A stretch of DNA of 64,000 bases, taken from Bacteroidota bacterium (GTDB taxonomy: Bacteria; Bacteroidota; JABWAT01). Below the pieces are notes generated by a model. The model did no database searches. It was given only the letters and a program-made list of their open reading frames with translations, and was not told where the DNA came from. The DNA is taken from positions 258,098-322,097 of the forward strand of contig JABWAT010000002.1 of NCBI GenBank assembly GCA_013360915.1, given 5' to 3'. This document shows, piece after piece, positions 27,640 through 37,735 of this stretch; the first letter of the stretch is position 1, and each line of letters begins with the position of its first letter. Both the position numbers and the translations under genes were made by a program.

Positions 27640-29901
27640 TCAGCGAACCACCTGAAGGTTTGCGAATTTCAGAACCAGGGTTTTTACGCCGGCTCCGATG
27701 AAATGAACCACTGCCTTTCGGGTATCACCGGACCCGGCTACCGATTCAACCCGTCCCTTGCCGAACTTGGCATGCTGAACATATACCCCAGCGCGGATAT
27801 CTGCCTGACCGGAGTCATATACCACCGTTCGTTCCTTTGAGGATGATTTCTGGTTTTTGTATTTCTCATCGCGCCAGTAATATGGATTTTTCTGGCTGTA
27901 TTCTTCACGGCTGCTGTCACCCAATCCGGTCATGAAGGCGGCCTGACGTGGCTTGGATTCGGCCTGAACCCGACCTTCGGTCCTGATGTGAGTGAGGTCC
28001 ATTTCGTCAATAAACCGGCTTCGGATGGTATACTCTGACTGGCCAAAACGGAAACGGGTCTTGGCATGGGAGAGGAAAAGGAGTTTTTCGGCCCGGGTGA
28101 CACCCACATAGCACAACCGGCGTTCTTCTTCCATCTGGCGGGGATCATCCATGGCTCCGGATAGAGGGAAAAGTCCATCTTCCAGTCCGGCAAGAAACAC
28201 CACGGGAAATTCCAATCCTTTCGCTGCATGAAGGGTCATCAGCGTCACCGCATTTCGTTCGCCATCCAGATTATCCACATCGGTCACCAACGCCACTTCC
28301 TGCAGAAAGGCATCCAGGCTGGCATCGGTCCTGCCCGCGGCAAATTCCTCGATGGCATTGATCAGTTCCTGCACGTTTTCCACGCGAGCCCGACCTTCCT
28401 GTGTCTGTTCCTGACCGAGATCGCGAAGAATTCCGACCTGCTCAATGTAGGTTCTGATCAGAAGACCCAAAGGGGAATTGGACAAGTTGGACCGGGTTGA
28501 CTGAATGGCTTGCCCGAGTTCAGTCAGTGACTGACGTTGTTTGGCGTTCAGTCCGCCGATCATATCGGCCGACTGAAGCAATTCCACCGGACTCCGGTTG
28601 GCCTGATGCGCATAGTCCAGTAACCGGTTTAAAGCCGTTTCACCGATTCCGCGTGCCGGATAGTTGATGATCCGCCGGAAACTTTCCTCGTCTTTCGGAT
28701 TGATCAGCATTTTCAGATAGGCAAGAACGTCTTTGACTTCCTTGCGCTTGTAAAACTGGATGCCCCCGATAATGATATAGGGAACGGAAATGCGGCGGAG
28801 GCCATCTTCCATGGCACGGCTTTGGGCATTCGTCCGGTAAAGGATGGCAAAATCCCGGTTCTGGTACCCTTTTGTGATTTTAAGATTCTGGATGCAGGCT
28901 GCAATTTTTGTCGATTCATCCCGCTCAGAATCTGCTTCAATCAGGGTGATGTGATCACCTTCCGGGTTATCGGTCCAAAGGGTTTTCTTAATCTGGTCCT
29001 TATTTGCTTTAATAACAGAGTCGGCTACTGATAATATCCGTTGGGTAGACCGGTAATTCTGTTCCAGACGGACGACCCGCGCTTCGGGATAGTCTTTTTC
29101 GAAATCAAGGATATTCTGAATATCGGCCCCGCGCCAGGAGTAAATGGACTGGGCATCGTCTCCCACCACGCAGATGTTGCGGTTTTTAGCGGCAAGCATT
29201 TTCGAAATCAGATATTGCGCACGGTTCGTATCCTGATATTCATCGATCATCAGGTAACGAAACTGATCCTGATACCGGGCGAGACTTTCGGGACGTGCTT
29301 TGAACAGTTCGATGGGTTTCATGAGCAGGTCATCGAAATCCATTGAATTGGCTTCTTTCAGCCTGACCTGGTATTCCTCATAAACCTCGGCGGCCTTTAC
29401 ATCGGCCGGGAAAACAGCAGCCTGGTGAAAATCGGCCGGGTACCACATCCGGTTTTTGGCAGACGAAATTTTCGACATGATCATCCGGACGGGGAATTGC
29501 TGGGTATTCACCTGCTTATCTGCCAGAATCCGTTTGATGAGGCTTTCCTGATCCTCGGTATCGTAAATGCTGAATTGTTTGGTATAGCCAATTTTATCGG
29601 CTTCATATCGAAGGATCCGTGCAAACACCGAGTGGAAGGTCCCCATCCAGATTCCCTTGCTGATGGTCTCGCCGGTAATGGCCGAAATACGACCCTGCAT
29701 TTCACGCGATGCTTTGTTTGTAAAAGTCAGGAGGAGCAGTTGCCAGGGCTGGGCATGCTTTTCAGCAAGCAGGTGGGCGGCGCGGAAGGTCAGCACACGG
29801 GTCTTTCCGGAGCCGGCGCCGGCAATAATCATGACCGGTCCGGCCACAGTGGCAGCCGCCTCGCGCTGGCGCTCATTCAATTCATCTAAAAATCGGGACA
29901 T
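27640..29901 (-). CDS. uvrD: ATP-dependent DNA helicase UvrD/PcrA family
   Basis: MSRFLDELNERQREA...GPVMIIAGAGSGKTRVLT (Walker A). UvrD helicase motifs present throughout. 753 aa. Confidence 0.85.
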   Translation of the reverse strand: MSRFLDELNERQREAAATVAGPVMIIAGAGSGKTRVLTFRAAHLLAEKHAQPWQLLLLTFTNKASREMQGRISAITGETISKGIWMGTFHSVFARILRYEADKIGYTKQFSIYDTEDQESLIKRILADKQVNTQQFPVRMIMSKISSAKNRMWYPADFHQAAVFPADVKAAEVYEEYQVRLKEANSMDFDDLLMKPIELFKARPESLARYQDQFRYLMIDEYQDTNRAQYLISKMLAAKNRNICVVGDDAQSIYSWRGADIQNILDFEKDYPEARVVRLEQNYRSTQRILSVADSVIKANKDQIKKTLWTDNPEGDHITLIEADSERDESTKIAACIQNLKITKGYQNRDFAILYRTNAQSRAMEDGLRRISVPYIIIGGIQFYKRKEVKDVLAYLKMLINPKDEESFRRIINYPARGIGETALNRLLDYAHQANRSPVELLQSADMIGGLNAKQRQSLTELGQAIQSTRSNLSNSPLGLLIRTYIEQVGILRDLGQEQTQEGRARVENVQELINAIEEFAAGRTDASLDAFLQEVALVTDVDNLDGERNAVTLMTLHAAKGLEFPVVFLAGLEDGLFPLSGAMDDPRQMEEERRLCYVGVTRAEKLLFLSHAKTRFRFGQSEYTIRSRFIDEMDLTHIRTEGRVQAESKPRQAAFMTGLGDSSREEYSQKNPYYWRDEKYKNQKSSSKERTVVYDSGQADIRAGVYVQHAKFGKGRVESVAGSGDTRKAVVHFIGAGVKTLVLKFANLQVVR

Positions 29902-29907
29902 GGGGAC

Positions 29908-32436
29908 TTAATCCAGTTTTCCTAAATAGCGTAGTACAAAAACCGTCATGTCATCATCGTGGTCACGGCCGGCTGCGAATGAATCGCAGGCGTCGAACAT
30001 CGCACGGGTGATCATGGCCGGCTGAAGCCAGGTACGGGTGATCCGTTCGGCTGCATGGTCGAATCGTTTTTCCTCGAACCACATGACATCATCCGGATTG
30101 GTTCGTTCGGTGAACCCATCCGAAGTGGCGATCAGGACATCTCCCGGATTTAATTGAAACGACAGCGTGCTGAGTTCAAAGTCGGGGATCATGCCCAATG
30201 GGGGACCAGTCAGTTCAAGAACCGTGAAGGTATCTTTTTTTGCGTTGTAATAAAAGGGAAAGGGCATTCCGGTCGAGCACATCTCCACACGGTTCCGGTC
30301 CAGATCGAGGACCATCAGCGTCAGGCCCATTCCGATTCCTCGGTTCCGGATGGATTCACGGAGAGCCAGGTTGAGGTTTTTAACCAGTTTCTCCATGGGA
30401 AGGTCAATGTTGTAGGATCGGATGGAATTGATCAGTGCCATTTTCAGCATACCGACCACCAGTCCGGCACCCACCCCATGACCGGTTGCATCCCCGATGG
30501 CCAGACACCAGCGGTTTTTATCGATATGAATCACATCGTAATAATCGCCACCCACTTCTGCGGCGGTCCGCATCCCTGCATCGATCAGAACAGAAGGATG
30601 AATAGCCAGTGATTCGGGAAGCATATCGAACTGAAGCCGTCGTGCAAATTCCAGCTCTTCCGATTTCCTTCTCAGGTCCATCTGGAGCAATTGCTCTTCC
30701 TTTTCCTTTTGAAGGAGCAGGACTTCTTCTTCCTTGGCCTTTCTCACCGATTCAATCATCTGGTTGAAGGAACGGGTAAGGTACCCGATTTCATCGTCCT
30801 CACGCACCGGCACCCGCACATCGAGGTTACCGGCATTTACCTGACGAACCCCATGAAGTAAAATCCGGATGGGGCGCACCACCGTCAGGCGGAAAAAGGA
30901 AGGGAAAACCAGAATCACCAACAGAGTGGAAGCCACAATCATGATGATAAAAACACTGGAACCCTGATGGATGTAATTCCGGTGTTCCTGGTAGAAGTCC
31001 TCGAAAAATGCCCGGCCGGGAGGTGTGGTGACCGACACGCCCGAACTGAAGTTTACCGGAAATCCTTCGCCACCGGTTCCGGGATCTGCACCGATATATC
31101 CCGGTAAGACCGGACTGAGTCCGATGTAACTCATCCGGATACGGCCATCCGGAAAAAAGAGAACCTGAAAACTGTTCGAGGTCCGGCGTCCGAAATCGGG
31201 AACGCCCAGCCAGGTCACCGAAACCAGTGAATCCGATTGGTGAAGCAGAACAGACCCACCCTGTTCCGGATTCAGATCTTTGAACAGGATGGCCAGTTTT
31301 GGGGTTGGCCGGTAAAATTCAAAGACCAGATAACTGCGGATGGCTTCCCGGAAGCTGACCATTCCATTGGCGGAAACCCAGATCTGGCGGTAGTTTTCGC
31401 CAAAAAAAGGAAAGGAAAAGGGGAGGGACACGGTATCGGCGCCGGCATCGGTCAGAAGCAATCGCTGTTTTCCCGGAGTTTTCCAAAGCGGAGGTCCGGT
31501 GGCGATCCGGTAACCACCATTGACCAGCGGAATCAGATCAATGGTTTTCATATCGGGGGCCCGGCGTGTGAAATCGTAAATCTCGCTCAGTTTCGACATG
31601 GTTGCTGAACCGACGGTGCTGAGGACAACCAGAATCGTTACCATCGAAACCACAATGATTTTACGGGAAATGGTAGATGGTTCCGGTGATAATTTGAAGT
31701 AGGCAAGAATAAAGGAGAACAAAAAGAGCAGCCAGGCAGCGTTGGAAAAATACAGGTTGGTCTGTTCCGAAATCAGGCTGGCGTGAAACAACACATTCAG
31801 CAGCGTGGGAACCGACCCCAGCAACACAATTCCTGCCAGCAGGATCAGATCCCGGAATGGTTCAAGCGATTCATCCCTTCCGCCGGCAAGGCTTTTTAAC
31901 AGCGTTCTGATCAGACGGCGGTGATAGGCCAGGGACCAGAAGTTCAGCGGATTCCGGTCGGTGACGGGTACCATGGCCTGGCGGACCAGAAGAACCACGG
32001 CCCATGCAAAACCGGTAAGAATCAGCAGGTTGTATGCAATCTGTTCTTCGGGGATGTAATGCTGGTAAGTGACCATTCTGAAAGTCAGAACCGCAGCAAA
32101 CACCACCAGAACTGCCGTGCCGGTGATTCCCATGACTTTCATTTCTCTGACAAAATTCAGCCGAGGGTAGTGATAGGCATATTGATTAAACAGCAGGATG
32201 GCCCCGCCCAGCAGCACATACCGGATGGGGATGAGAAACTTAGCCCAGAAATCGAGCAGGGAAGAAGCGAGAAAACCGGTGAGAAAAAAGCTGCTGATCA
32301 GAAGAAAAAACAGCAAACGGTACCAGCCGCGGGTATGACGTTTCCGGCTGATTACGAAAAAAACCGCAATCAGCGTGGACAGCAGAAACTGTGAAAACGC
32401 ACTGATGGAAAACTGATTAAAATAGAAATCGGGCAT
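29908..32436 (-). CDS. membrane sensor PP2C/SpoIIE-family phosphatase (N-terminal 7-8 TM, extracytoplasmic domain, HAMP, PP2C)
   Basis: HAMP-like segment (VVRPIRILLHGVRQVNAGNLDVRV...LTRSFNQM), coiled coil, PP2C motifs (EVGGDYYDVI, GDATGHG, TDGFTE). N-terminal polytopic block plus a ~200-aa extracytoplasmic insert. Confidence 0.7.
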   Translation of the reverse strand: MPDFYFNQFSISAFSQFLLSTLIAVFFVISRKRHTRGWYRLLFFLLISSFFLTGFLASSLLDFWAKFLIPIRYVLLGGAILLFNQYAYHYPRLNFVREMKVMGITGTAVLVVFAAVLTFRMVTYQHYIPEEQIAYNLLILTGFAWAVVLLVRQAMVPVTDRNPLNFWSLAYHRRLIRTLLKSLAGGRDESLEPFRDLILLAGIVLLGSVPTLLNVLFHASLISEQTNLYFSNAAWLLFLFSFILAYFKLSPEPSTISRKIIVVSMVTILVVLSTVGSATMSKLSEIYDFTRRAPDMKTIDLIPLVNGGYRIATGPPLWKTPGKQRLLLTDAGADTVSLPFSFPFFGENYRQIWVSANGMVSFREAIRSYLVFEFYRPTPKLAILFKDLNPEQGGSVLLHQSDSLVSVTWLGVPDFGRRTSNSFQVLFFPDGRIRMSYIGLSPVLPGYIGADPGTGGEGFPVNFSSGVSVTTPPGRAFFEDFYQEHRNYIHQGSSVFIIMIVASTLLVILVFPSFFRLTVVRPIRILLHGVRQVNAGNLDVRVPVREDDEIGYLTRSFNQMIESVRKAKEEEVLLLQKEKEEQLLQMDLRRKSEELEFARRLQFDMLPESLAIHPSVLIDAGMRTAAEVGGDYYDVIHIDKNRWCLAIGDATGHGVGAGLVVGMLKMALINSIRSYNIDLPMEKLVKNLNLALRESIRNRGIGMGLTLMVLDLDRNRVEMCSTGMPFPFYYNAKKDTFTVLELTGPPLGMIPDFELSTLSFQLNPGDVLIATSDGFTERTNPDDVMWFEEKRFDHAAERITRTWLQPAMITRAMFDACDSFAAGRDHDDDMTVFVLRYLGKLD

Positions 32437-32490
32437 GGTAAGCAGTCATCCGGCCTCAATCAGGGCCGGATGGGTTGGATTGGCGACTGT

Positions 32491-32964
32491 TCAGCGTTGT
32501 TTTCCGGTTGGCACCCTCAGCAGCGAATCGGCTGTTTTCAGGGCGGTGGCAGACAAGTCGATGGCCTGTCTGATTCGTTGGGAAACAGTATCCAGACTGG
32601 CCATTTGCCGGTCAAGAATGGCGGTAACCTGTTCATGGGAGAGCGCTTCATAATCCGGCTGACCCAAATCGGGCATTACCACATTCATTTTCTGAATGGC
32701 CGATTGAACCGCAGATGAGGCAGAATCAGTCAGGGTGCGGATCTGGGCAGCATTCATCAGAGAGCCTGCTCTGGATTCAAGGGTCAACCGGATGGAATCC
32801 AGTTTTTTCTCGACGGACATCAGGTAGCGGTGATGTTTCATTTCTACATGATGAATGCTGTCAATTTCGGCATATTTACTCATTTCCTGTCTCATGTCGG
32901 AATCTGATTTTCCGCACGACCACAACAAAAAAGCGGAAAAAGATGCGATCACAATGGATTTCAT
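32491..32964 (-). CDS. hypothetical lipoprotein
   Basis: Start chosen at MKSIVIASFSAFLLWSCGK (lipobox LWSC). Helical, no recognisable domain. Confidence 0.4.
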   Translation of the reverse strand: MKSIVIASFSAFLLWSCGKSDSDMRQEMSKYAEIDSIHHVEMKHHRYLMSVEKKLDSIRLTLESRAGSLMNAAQIRTLTDSASSAVQSAIQKMNVVMPDLGQPDYEALSHEQVTAILDRQMASLDTVSQRIRQAIDLSATALKTADSLLRVPTGKQR

Positions 32965-33232
32965 GACACTCCTTTGGTTCATACAGAGAGCAAAAGTAAA
33001 CAACCCTCTCAGGTATAAGAAATGCAGGACATAGGTTTTTTCCCGATACAATGCTTAACTTTGTAGCCGACCCGAAAATTCCGGGTCCGGGTGCGACCCC
33101 CGGGAATAAATAAATGCGCTAACCGCCAACGAGTCAGGCCACTGTCCTCGACTATCGATCGCCGATCCGCAAGCCCCCCACCCGTCACCAGCTGGATTAT
33201 ACCAGCTATTAACAACACTGAAAGAGATAACG

Positions 33233-35080
33233 TTGAGTTTCGAAACATTCAACCTCCATGAAAGTATCATGGAAGGTATCCGCGATGCCGGATACCAGAC
33301 CCCCACGGCCATTCAGGAACAAGCCATTCCCATTATCATGGAAGGCAAAGACCTGATCGGGTCCGCCCAGACGGGCACAGGAAAAACGGCCGCCTTTGTA
33401 CTTCCGGTCATGCACCGGTTGCTTTCAAACCCAAAACCAGGCATCCGTTGCCTGATTTTAAGTCCGACACGCGAATTGGCCACCCAGATTTACGACCAGA
33501 TCTGGGGTTTGGGATATCACACCGGTCTTTCCTCTGCCAACATTATTGGCGGAACCGATTGGGTCGATCAGTCAGAAGCCCTGAAACGCGGAGCCAACCT
33601 CGTTGTTGCCACTCCCGGACGTCTGATGGACCAGATGCGTGACATTGCCATCGATTTCAGCTCGGTTGAGATTCTCATCCTGGATGAAGCAGACCGTATG
33701 CTGGACATGGGATTCATGCCGGCTGTTATGAATATCCTTTCCAAGCTGCCTGCAGAACGTCAGAATCTGCTTTTTTCTGCCACCATTCCCGGTAAGATCA
33801 AATCCATCACCGAAAACATGATGAAAGATCCCATCTGGGTCAATGTGGCCAGCTATCGTGCGGCTGACACGGTTACCCAGCGGTATTACCTGGTTCCTGA
33901 ATTTCAGAAACCAGACCTTCTGGCAAAGCTGATCAAGAAACATGAATGGAAATCGGTCATTGTTTTTACCGGCACCAAGAAAGGGGCCGACCACCTGACC
34001 GGAAAGCTTCAGCGCCGCGATATACCGGTATCGAGTATTCACGGAGATCGCAGCCAGGAAGAACGCGAAATTGCATTGAATGCCTTTAAATCAGGTCAGT
34101 ATCAGGTTCTGGTGGCCACCGATGTCATCGCCCGCGGAATCGACATTACCGATGTAAGCCACATTGTTAATTTCGACATTCCCCGTGATCTGGATGATTA
34201 CATTCACCGGATCGGCCGGACCGGCCGGAACGAAGCAACCGGAGAAGCAGTCACACTCGTTTCACAGGGTGAACTGAAGTATCTCGATACCCTTCGCGAC
34301 CGGTTGAAAATTGAGATTCTGCGCGAAGAAATCCCGGAAGATATTCAGGAATTTCTTGATCAGAAGGCAAAAAACATTGACCATCGCCGTGATCCGAAAA
34401 AACTTCGTCATGGTCAGAGGCCTCATCGCGGTGACCGCCCGCATCATTCTCCGGACGCTGCAGAAGCCGGAGTGGGAACCGTTTCTGCCGGAGCAGATCT
34501 GGTCGATGCAGTTGGTGAAGCTTCAACGCCTGCAGAAGGCGAAGAGGCAATCAAGCGGAAAAAATCAAACCGGAATCGTCGCCGGCCGAAAAAACGGCCG
34601 CAGGGTGATGGTCAGGCGGTTGGTTCAGAAGCTCAGTCAACCGTCCGCGAAGGACAGGAGTCTGCTGAACAACCCCGGCAGGAAGGAAGACAGCAGCCCC
34701 GTCGTGAACCAAGGCAGGATAACCGTCCGCCCAGAGAGCCGCGTGGTGATAACCGGAACGAACCCCGCCAGGACAACCGTCCGGATAACCGGCAAAGGGA
34801 ACCACGGACCGACAACCGCCAGCGGGAACCCCGTTCAGACAACCGGAATGAGAACCGTCCGGATAACCGGCAGCAGCGGCAGGACACGCGCGGTCCGAGG
34901 CAGCAGGGTCAAGGTCCGAGAGACCGTAAACCAGGGCAGCAGCAAAAGCCGCGTCCGCAGGGCCAATCCCGTGTTTCTCAGGCAGGCCGGAAGCCAGAAA
35001 GTAAAAATGATGGTCTGAAACTATCTCAACCAGGCAGCCTGCTGACCAAAATCGTCAGGTTTTTTACCGGTAAAAAGTAA
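33233..35080 (+). CDS. DEAD-box ATP-dependent RNA helicase with Arg-rich low-complexity C-terminal tail
   Basis: Q-motif, AQTGTGKT (Walker A), PTRELA, DEAD in LILDEADRMLDMGF, SAT, HRIGRTGR. The tail from ~aa 400 consists of repeated R(E/Q)PRxDNR units. Confidence 0.85.
   Translation: MSFETFNLHESIMEGIRDAGYQTPTAIQEQAIPIIMEGKDLIGSAQTGTGKTAAFVLPVMHRLLSNPKPGIRCLILSPTRELATQIYDQIWGLGYHTGLSSANIIGGTDWVDQSEALKRGANLVVATPGRLMDQMRDIAIDFSSVEILILDEADRMLDMGFMPAVMNILSKLPAERQNLLFSATIPGKIKSITENMMKDPIWVNVASYRAADTVTQRYYLVPEFQKPDLLAKLIKKHEWKSVIVFTGTKKGADHLTGKLQRRDIPVSSIHGDRSQEEREIALNAFKSGQYQVLVATDVIARGIDITDVSHIVNFDIPRDLDDYIHRIGRTGRNEATGEAVTLVSQGELKYLDTLRDRLKIEILREEIPEDIQEFLDQKAKNIDHRRDPKKLRHGQRPHRGDRPHHSPDAAEAGVGTVSAGADLVDAVGEASTPAEGEEAIKRKKSNRNRRRPKKRPQGDGQAVGSEAQSTVREGQESAEQPRQEGRQQPRREPRQDNRPPREPRGDNRNEPRQDNRPDNRQREPRTDNRQREPRSDNRNENRPDNRQQRQDTRGPRQQGQGPRDRKPGQQQKPRPQGQSRVSQAGRKPESKNDGLKLSQPGSLLTKIVRFFTGKK
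34650..34960 (+). repeat. intragenic imperfect tandem repeats encoding the RxDNR-rich helicase tail
   Basis: The 20-mer AACCGTCCGGATAACCGGCA occurs at 34775-34794 and 34853-34872. CGNNANAACCG-type periodicity surrounds it. Confidence 0.5.
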
Positions 35081-35105
35081 AAATCTGGTTGTAAATCTTC
35101 TGTGG

Positions 35106-35138
35106 AATGCCCGGCCTGTGCCGGGCATTTCTGTTTTA
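35106..35138 (+). terminator. rho-independent terminator
   Basis: AATGCCCGGC-CTGT-GCCGGGCATT perfect 10-bp stem followed by TCTGTTTT. Confidence 0.8.
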
Positions 35139-35315
35139 TAGCAGATCAGTTGCCGTATTTTCTTGCGTAATTTCCTGTATCGCCGTGAAATATTAACCAA
35201 GGACTAATGATCAGGCAGGTGGTTGGTACTTTGAGTTTGGTTAACCCGTTTTCTATTTTCGCATTCCATTTTTAAAGTCTGTGTCGCCTTTGCGTTCAGA
35301 ACAACGGGAGAACCT

Positions 35316-36350
35316 ATGAAAATCAATGTTGCCATTCTTGGGGCCACCGGTGCGGTGGGCCAGCGATTTATCCAACTGCTCGAAAACCATCCGGTCTTTC
35401 AGATCCATGAGCTTGTTGCTTCCTCCCGCTCTGCAGGGAAACCCTACCGGGAAGCTGCCAAATGGAAATTGGCCACTCCGGTTCCCGAAGATGTAAAAAA
35501 TAAAGTCGTTCTGTCACTCGATGCTTCCCTCGAATCCAAAATTCTTTTTTCAGGATTGGACTCTGATGTGGCAGGTGAGGCCGAAGCAGCTTACCGGTCT
35601 AAAGGTCATCTTGTTATTTCCAATTCAAAGAACCATCGCATGGATACCGATGTTCCGCTGGTGGTTCCTGAAATCAATCCGGATCACCTGGATCTGGTCA
35701 CCCGGCAAAAATCGGTTTATGGTGGCGCCATTGTGACCAATCCGAATTGTTCAACCATTGGTCTGGTACTGGGTCTGGCACCTGTGTTCGACCTTGGTAT
35801 TGAACAAGCCATTGTATCGACCATGCAGGCCATTTCCGGTGCCGGCTATCCCGGGTTGCCGAGTTTTGATATTCTGGATAATGTGATTCCGCACATTGGG
35901 GGAGAAGAACCCAAAATTGAAGAGGAACCACAGAAAATTTTCGGAACGCTGAGCGGACAAACGATCCTGCCTGCCACAGTCCGGACGAGCGCCATGGTTC
36001 ACCGGGTCCCTGCGCTGGATGGCCACCTGATTGCGGTGTCGCTCCGTTTTAAGAAACCGGCCACACGTGAAGAATTGGTCAGCCGGTTCACCCATTATAC
36101 CGGTGAGCCACAAAAGCTGGGCTGCTATTATGCACCCACTCCTCCCGTGCAATACTTCGAAGCAGTTGACCGCCCTCAGACCCGTCTGGACCGTGATCTG
36201 GGCCGGGGAATGACCGTATCGGTCGGAAATCTGAGACCCTGCAGCATTTTTGACTGGAAATACAATATTCTCGTTCACAACACCGTTCGTGGGGCGGCTG
36301 GCGGAACCATTCTCATCGCTGAACTGATGGTGAAGAAGGGACTGGTCTGA
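35316..36350 (+). CDS. asd: aspartate-semialdehyde dehydrogenase
   Basis: MKINVAILGATGAVGQRFIQLL. Catalytic NCST region. 344 aa. Confidence 0.85.
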   Translation: MKINVAILGATGAVGQRFIQLLENHPVFQIHELVASSRSAGKPYREAAKWKLATPVPEDVKNKVVLSLDASLESKILFSGLDSDVAGEAEAAYRSKGHLVISNSKNHRMDTDVPLVVPEINPDHLDLVTRQKSVYGGAIVTNPNCSTIGLVLGLAPVFDLGIEQAIVSTMQAISGAGYPGLPSFDILDNVIPHIGGEEPKIEEEPQKIFGTLSGQTILPATVRTSAMVHRVPALDGHLIAVSLRFKKPATREELVSRFTHYTGEPQKLGCYYAPTPPVQYFEAVDRPQTRLDRDLGRGMTVSVGNLRPCSIFDWKYNILVHNTVRGAAGGTILIAELMVKKGLV

Positions 36351-36353
36351 TCC

Positions 36354-37715
36354 ATGATCGTGATGAAATTTGGCGGAACCAGTGTCGGAACCGCCCAGCG
36401 AATTCAGGAACTGACCCGAATCATCGGGTCGTATCAGAACAGCAATCCGATTGTGGTGGTATCTGCCATGTCGGGTGTAACCAACCTGCTGGTTGATGCC
36501 TCAGAGAAGGCAAAATCGGGCGACTACAATGCGTTTTACCGTTGTGTCGATGAAATCACCCAGAAGCACCTGCAGTGTATCGAAAACATTTTTGACAGCC
36601 ATCCTGAACTGCTCAAACCGCTTTATGAGTACACCCTCGCTCATGTGAAGGAAATCAGAAACCTGCTGGAAGGGGTGGCCATTCTGAAAGAACTGACTCC
36701 CCGGACCAGTGATCTGATTAACAGTTACGGCGAGCGGATCTCCTCGATGATTGTTACCTATGCCCTCAACGCTTCCGGCATTCCCTCTCAGCATGTCGAT
36801 GCCCGCGATGTGGTGATAACCGATTCTGAATTCGGGGCAGCCAAACCTCTCATCCCAAAAATCAGGTCACGCGCAGAAGAAGTGGTGGTGCCTGTGGTGA
36901 AATCGGGCAAAATTCCTGTGATGGGTGGTTATATCGGCAGAACTGTGGATGGAATTACATCCACACTTGGCCGGGGCGGATCCGATTACACGGCTGCCGT
37001 GATCGGATTGGCTGTCGATGCCAGTGAGATCCAGATCTGGACCGACGTGGATGGAATCATGACCTGCGATCCGAGAATGATTCCGAATGCAAAAGTTCTG
37101 ACCAAGGTATCCTTCAACGAAGCCAGTGAAATGGCCTTTTTTGGGGCCAAGGTACTTCATCCGTCCACCATTAAGCCAGCCGTTGAGAATAACATTCCGG
37201 TGAAGATTCTCAACTCCTTCAACCCGTCCTTCCCGGGTACGCTGATCACCAATGAAACCGATGCCGGTTTTCCCATAAAGGCCATCGCCTTTAAGAAAAA
37301 GGTGACCGTTATTTCCATTTCCAGTCCGAAATTGTTGTACGGTTTCGGATACATGGCCCGTCTTTTCTCTGTTTTTGAGAAGTATAAAACGTCCATCGAC
37401 ATTGTGGCCACCTCTGAGGTCTCGGTTTCCATGAGTCTGGATAATACCGATCAGATCGGATCCATTGTGGCCGATTTATCAGAAATTGCCGACGTGAAAG
37501 TGGAAAACGAACTGGCTATCATTTCCATTGTCGGAATGAATTTCTCCCAGAAAAGTGGTATTGCAGCCAAAATTTTTACAGCGCTTCAATCCATCAATAT
37601 TAAAATGATTTCCTTCGGTGCATCCGATATCAACTTCACGCTGGTGGTTGATATGAAATCATTGGAGCCGGCTGTAAAAAATCTGCATCGTGTACTGTTT
37701 GATGACGTAAACTGA
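36354..37715 (+). CDS. lysC: aspartate kinase
   Basis: MKFGGTSVG N-terminus. Amino-acid-kinase fold with C-terminal ACT repeats. 453 aa. Confidence 0.85.
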   Translation: MIVMKFGGTSVGTAQRIQELTRIIGSYQNSNPIVVVSAMSGVTNLLVDASEKAKSGDYNAFYRCVDEITQKHLQCIENIFDSHPELLKPLYEYTLAHVKEIRNLLEGVAILKELTPRTSDLINSYGERISSMIVTYALNASGIPSQHVDARDVVITDSEFGAAKPLIPKIRSRAEEVVVPVVKSGKIPVMGGYIGRTVDGITSTLGRGGSDYTAAVIGLAVDASEIQIWTDVDGIMTCDPRMIPNAKVLTKVSFNEASEMAFFGAKVLHPSTIKPAVENNIPVKILNSFNPSFPGTLITNETDAGFPIKAIAFKKKVTVISISSPKLLYGFGYMARLFSVFEKYKTSIDIVATSEVSVSMSLDNTDQIGSIVADLSEIADVKVENELAIISIVGMNFSQKSGIAAKIFTALQSINIKMISFGASDINFTLVVDMKSLEPAVKNLHRVLFDDVN

Positions 37716-37735
37716 TCGTGAAAGGACAATCCCCA

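Noticed and set aside
34311-35018. 235-aa plus-strand alternative-frame ORF and several minus-strand ORFs over the helicase tail
   Set aside because: They arise from the repetitive GC-rich tail region. The DEAD-box frame is continuous from the helicase core, so these are frame artefacts.
35141-35315. Possible lysine riboswitch in the asd-lysC leader
   Set aside because: I looked for L-box hallmarks (GAGGCGC P1 strand, conserved loop motifs) and did not find them. It is kept only as an unresolved leader in findings, not annotated as an ncRNA.
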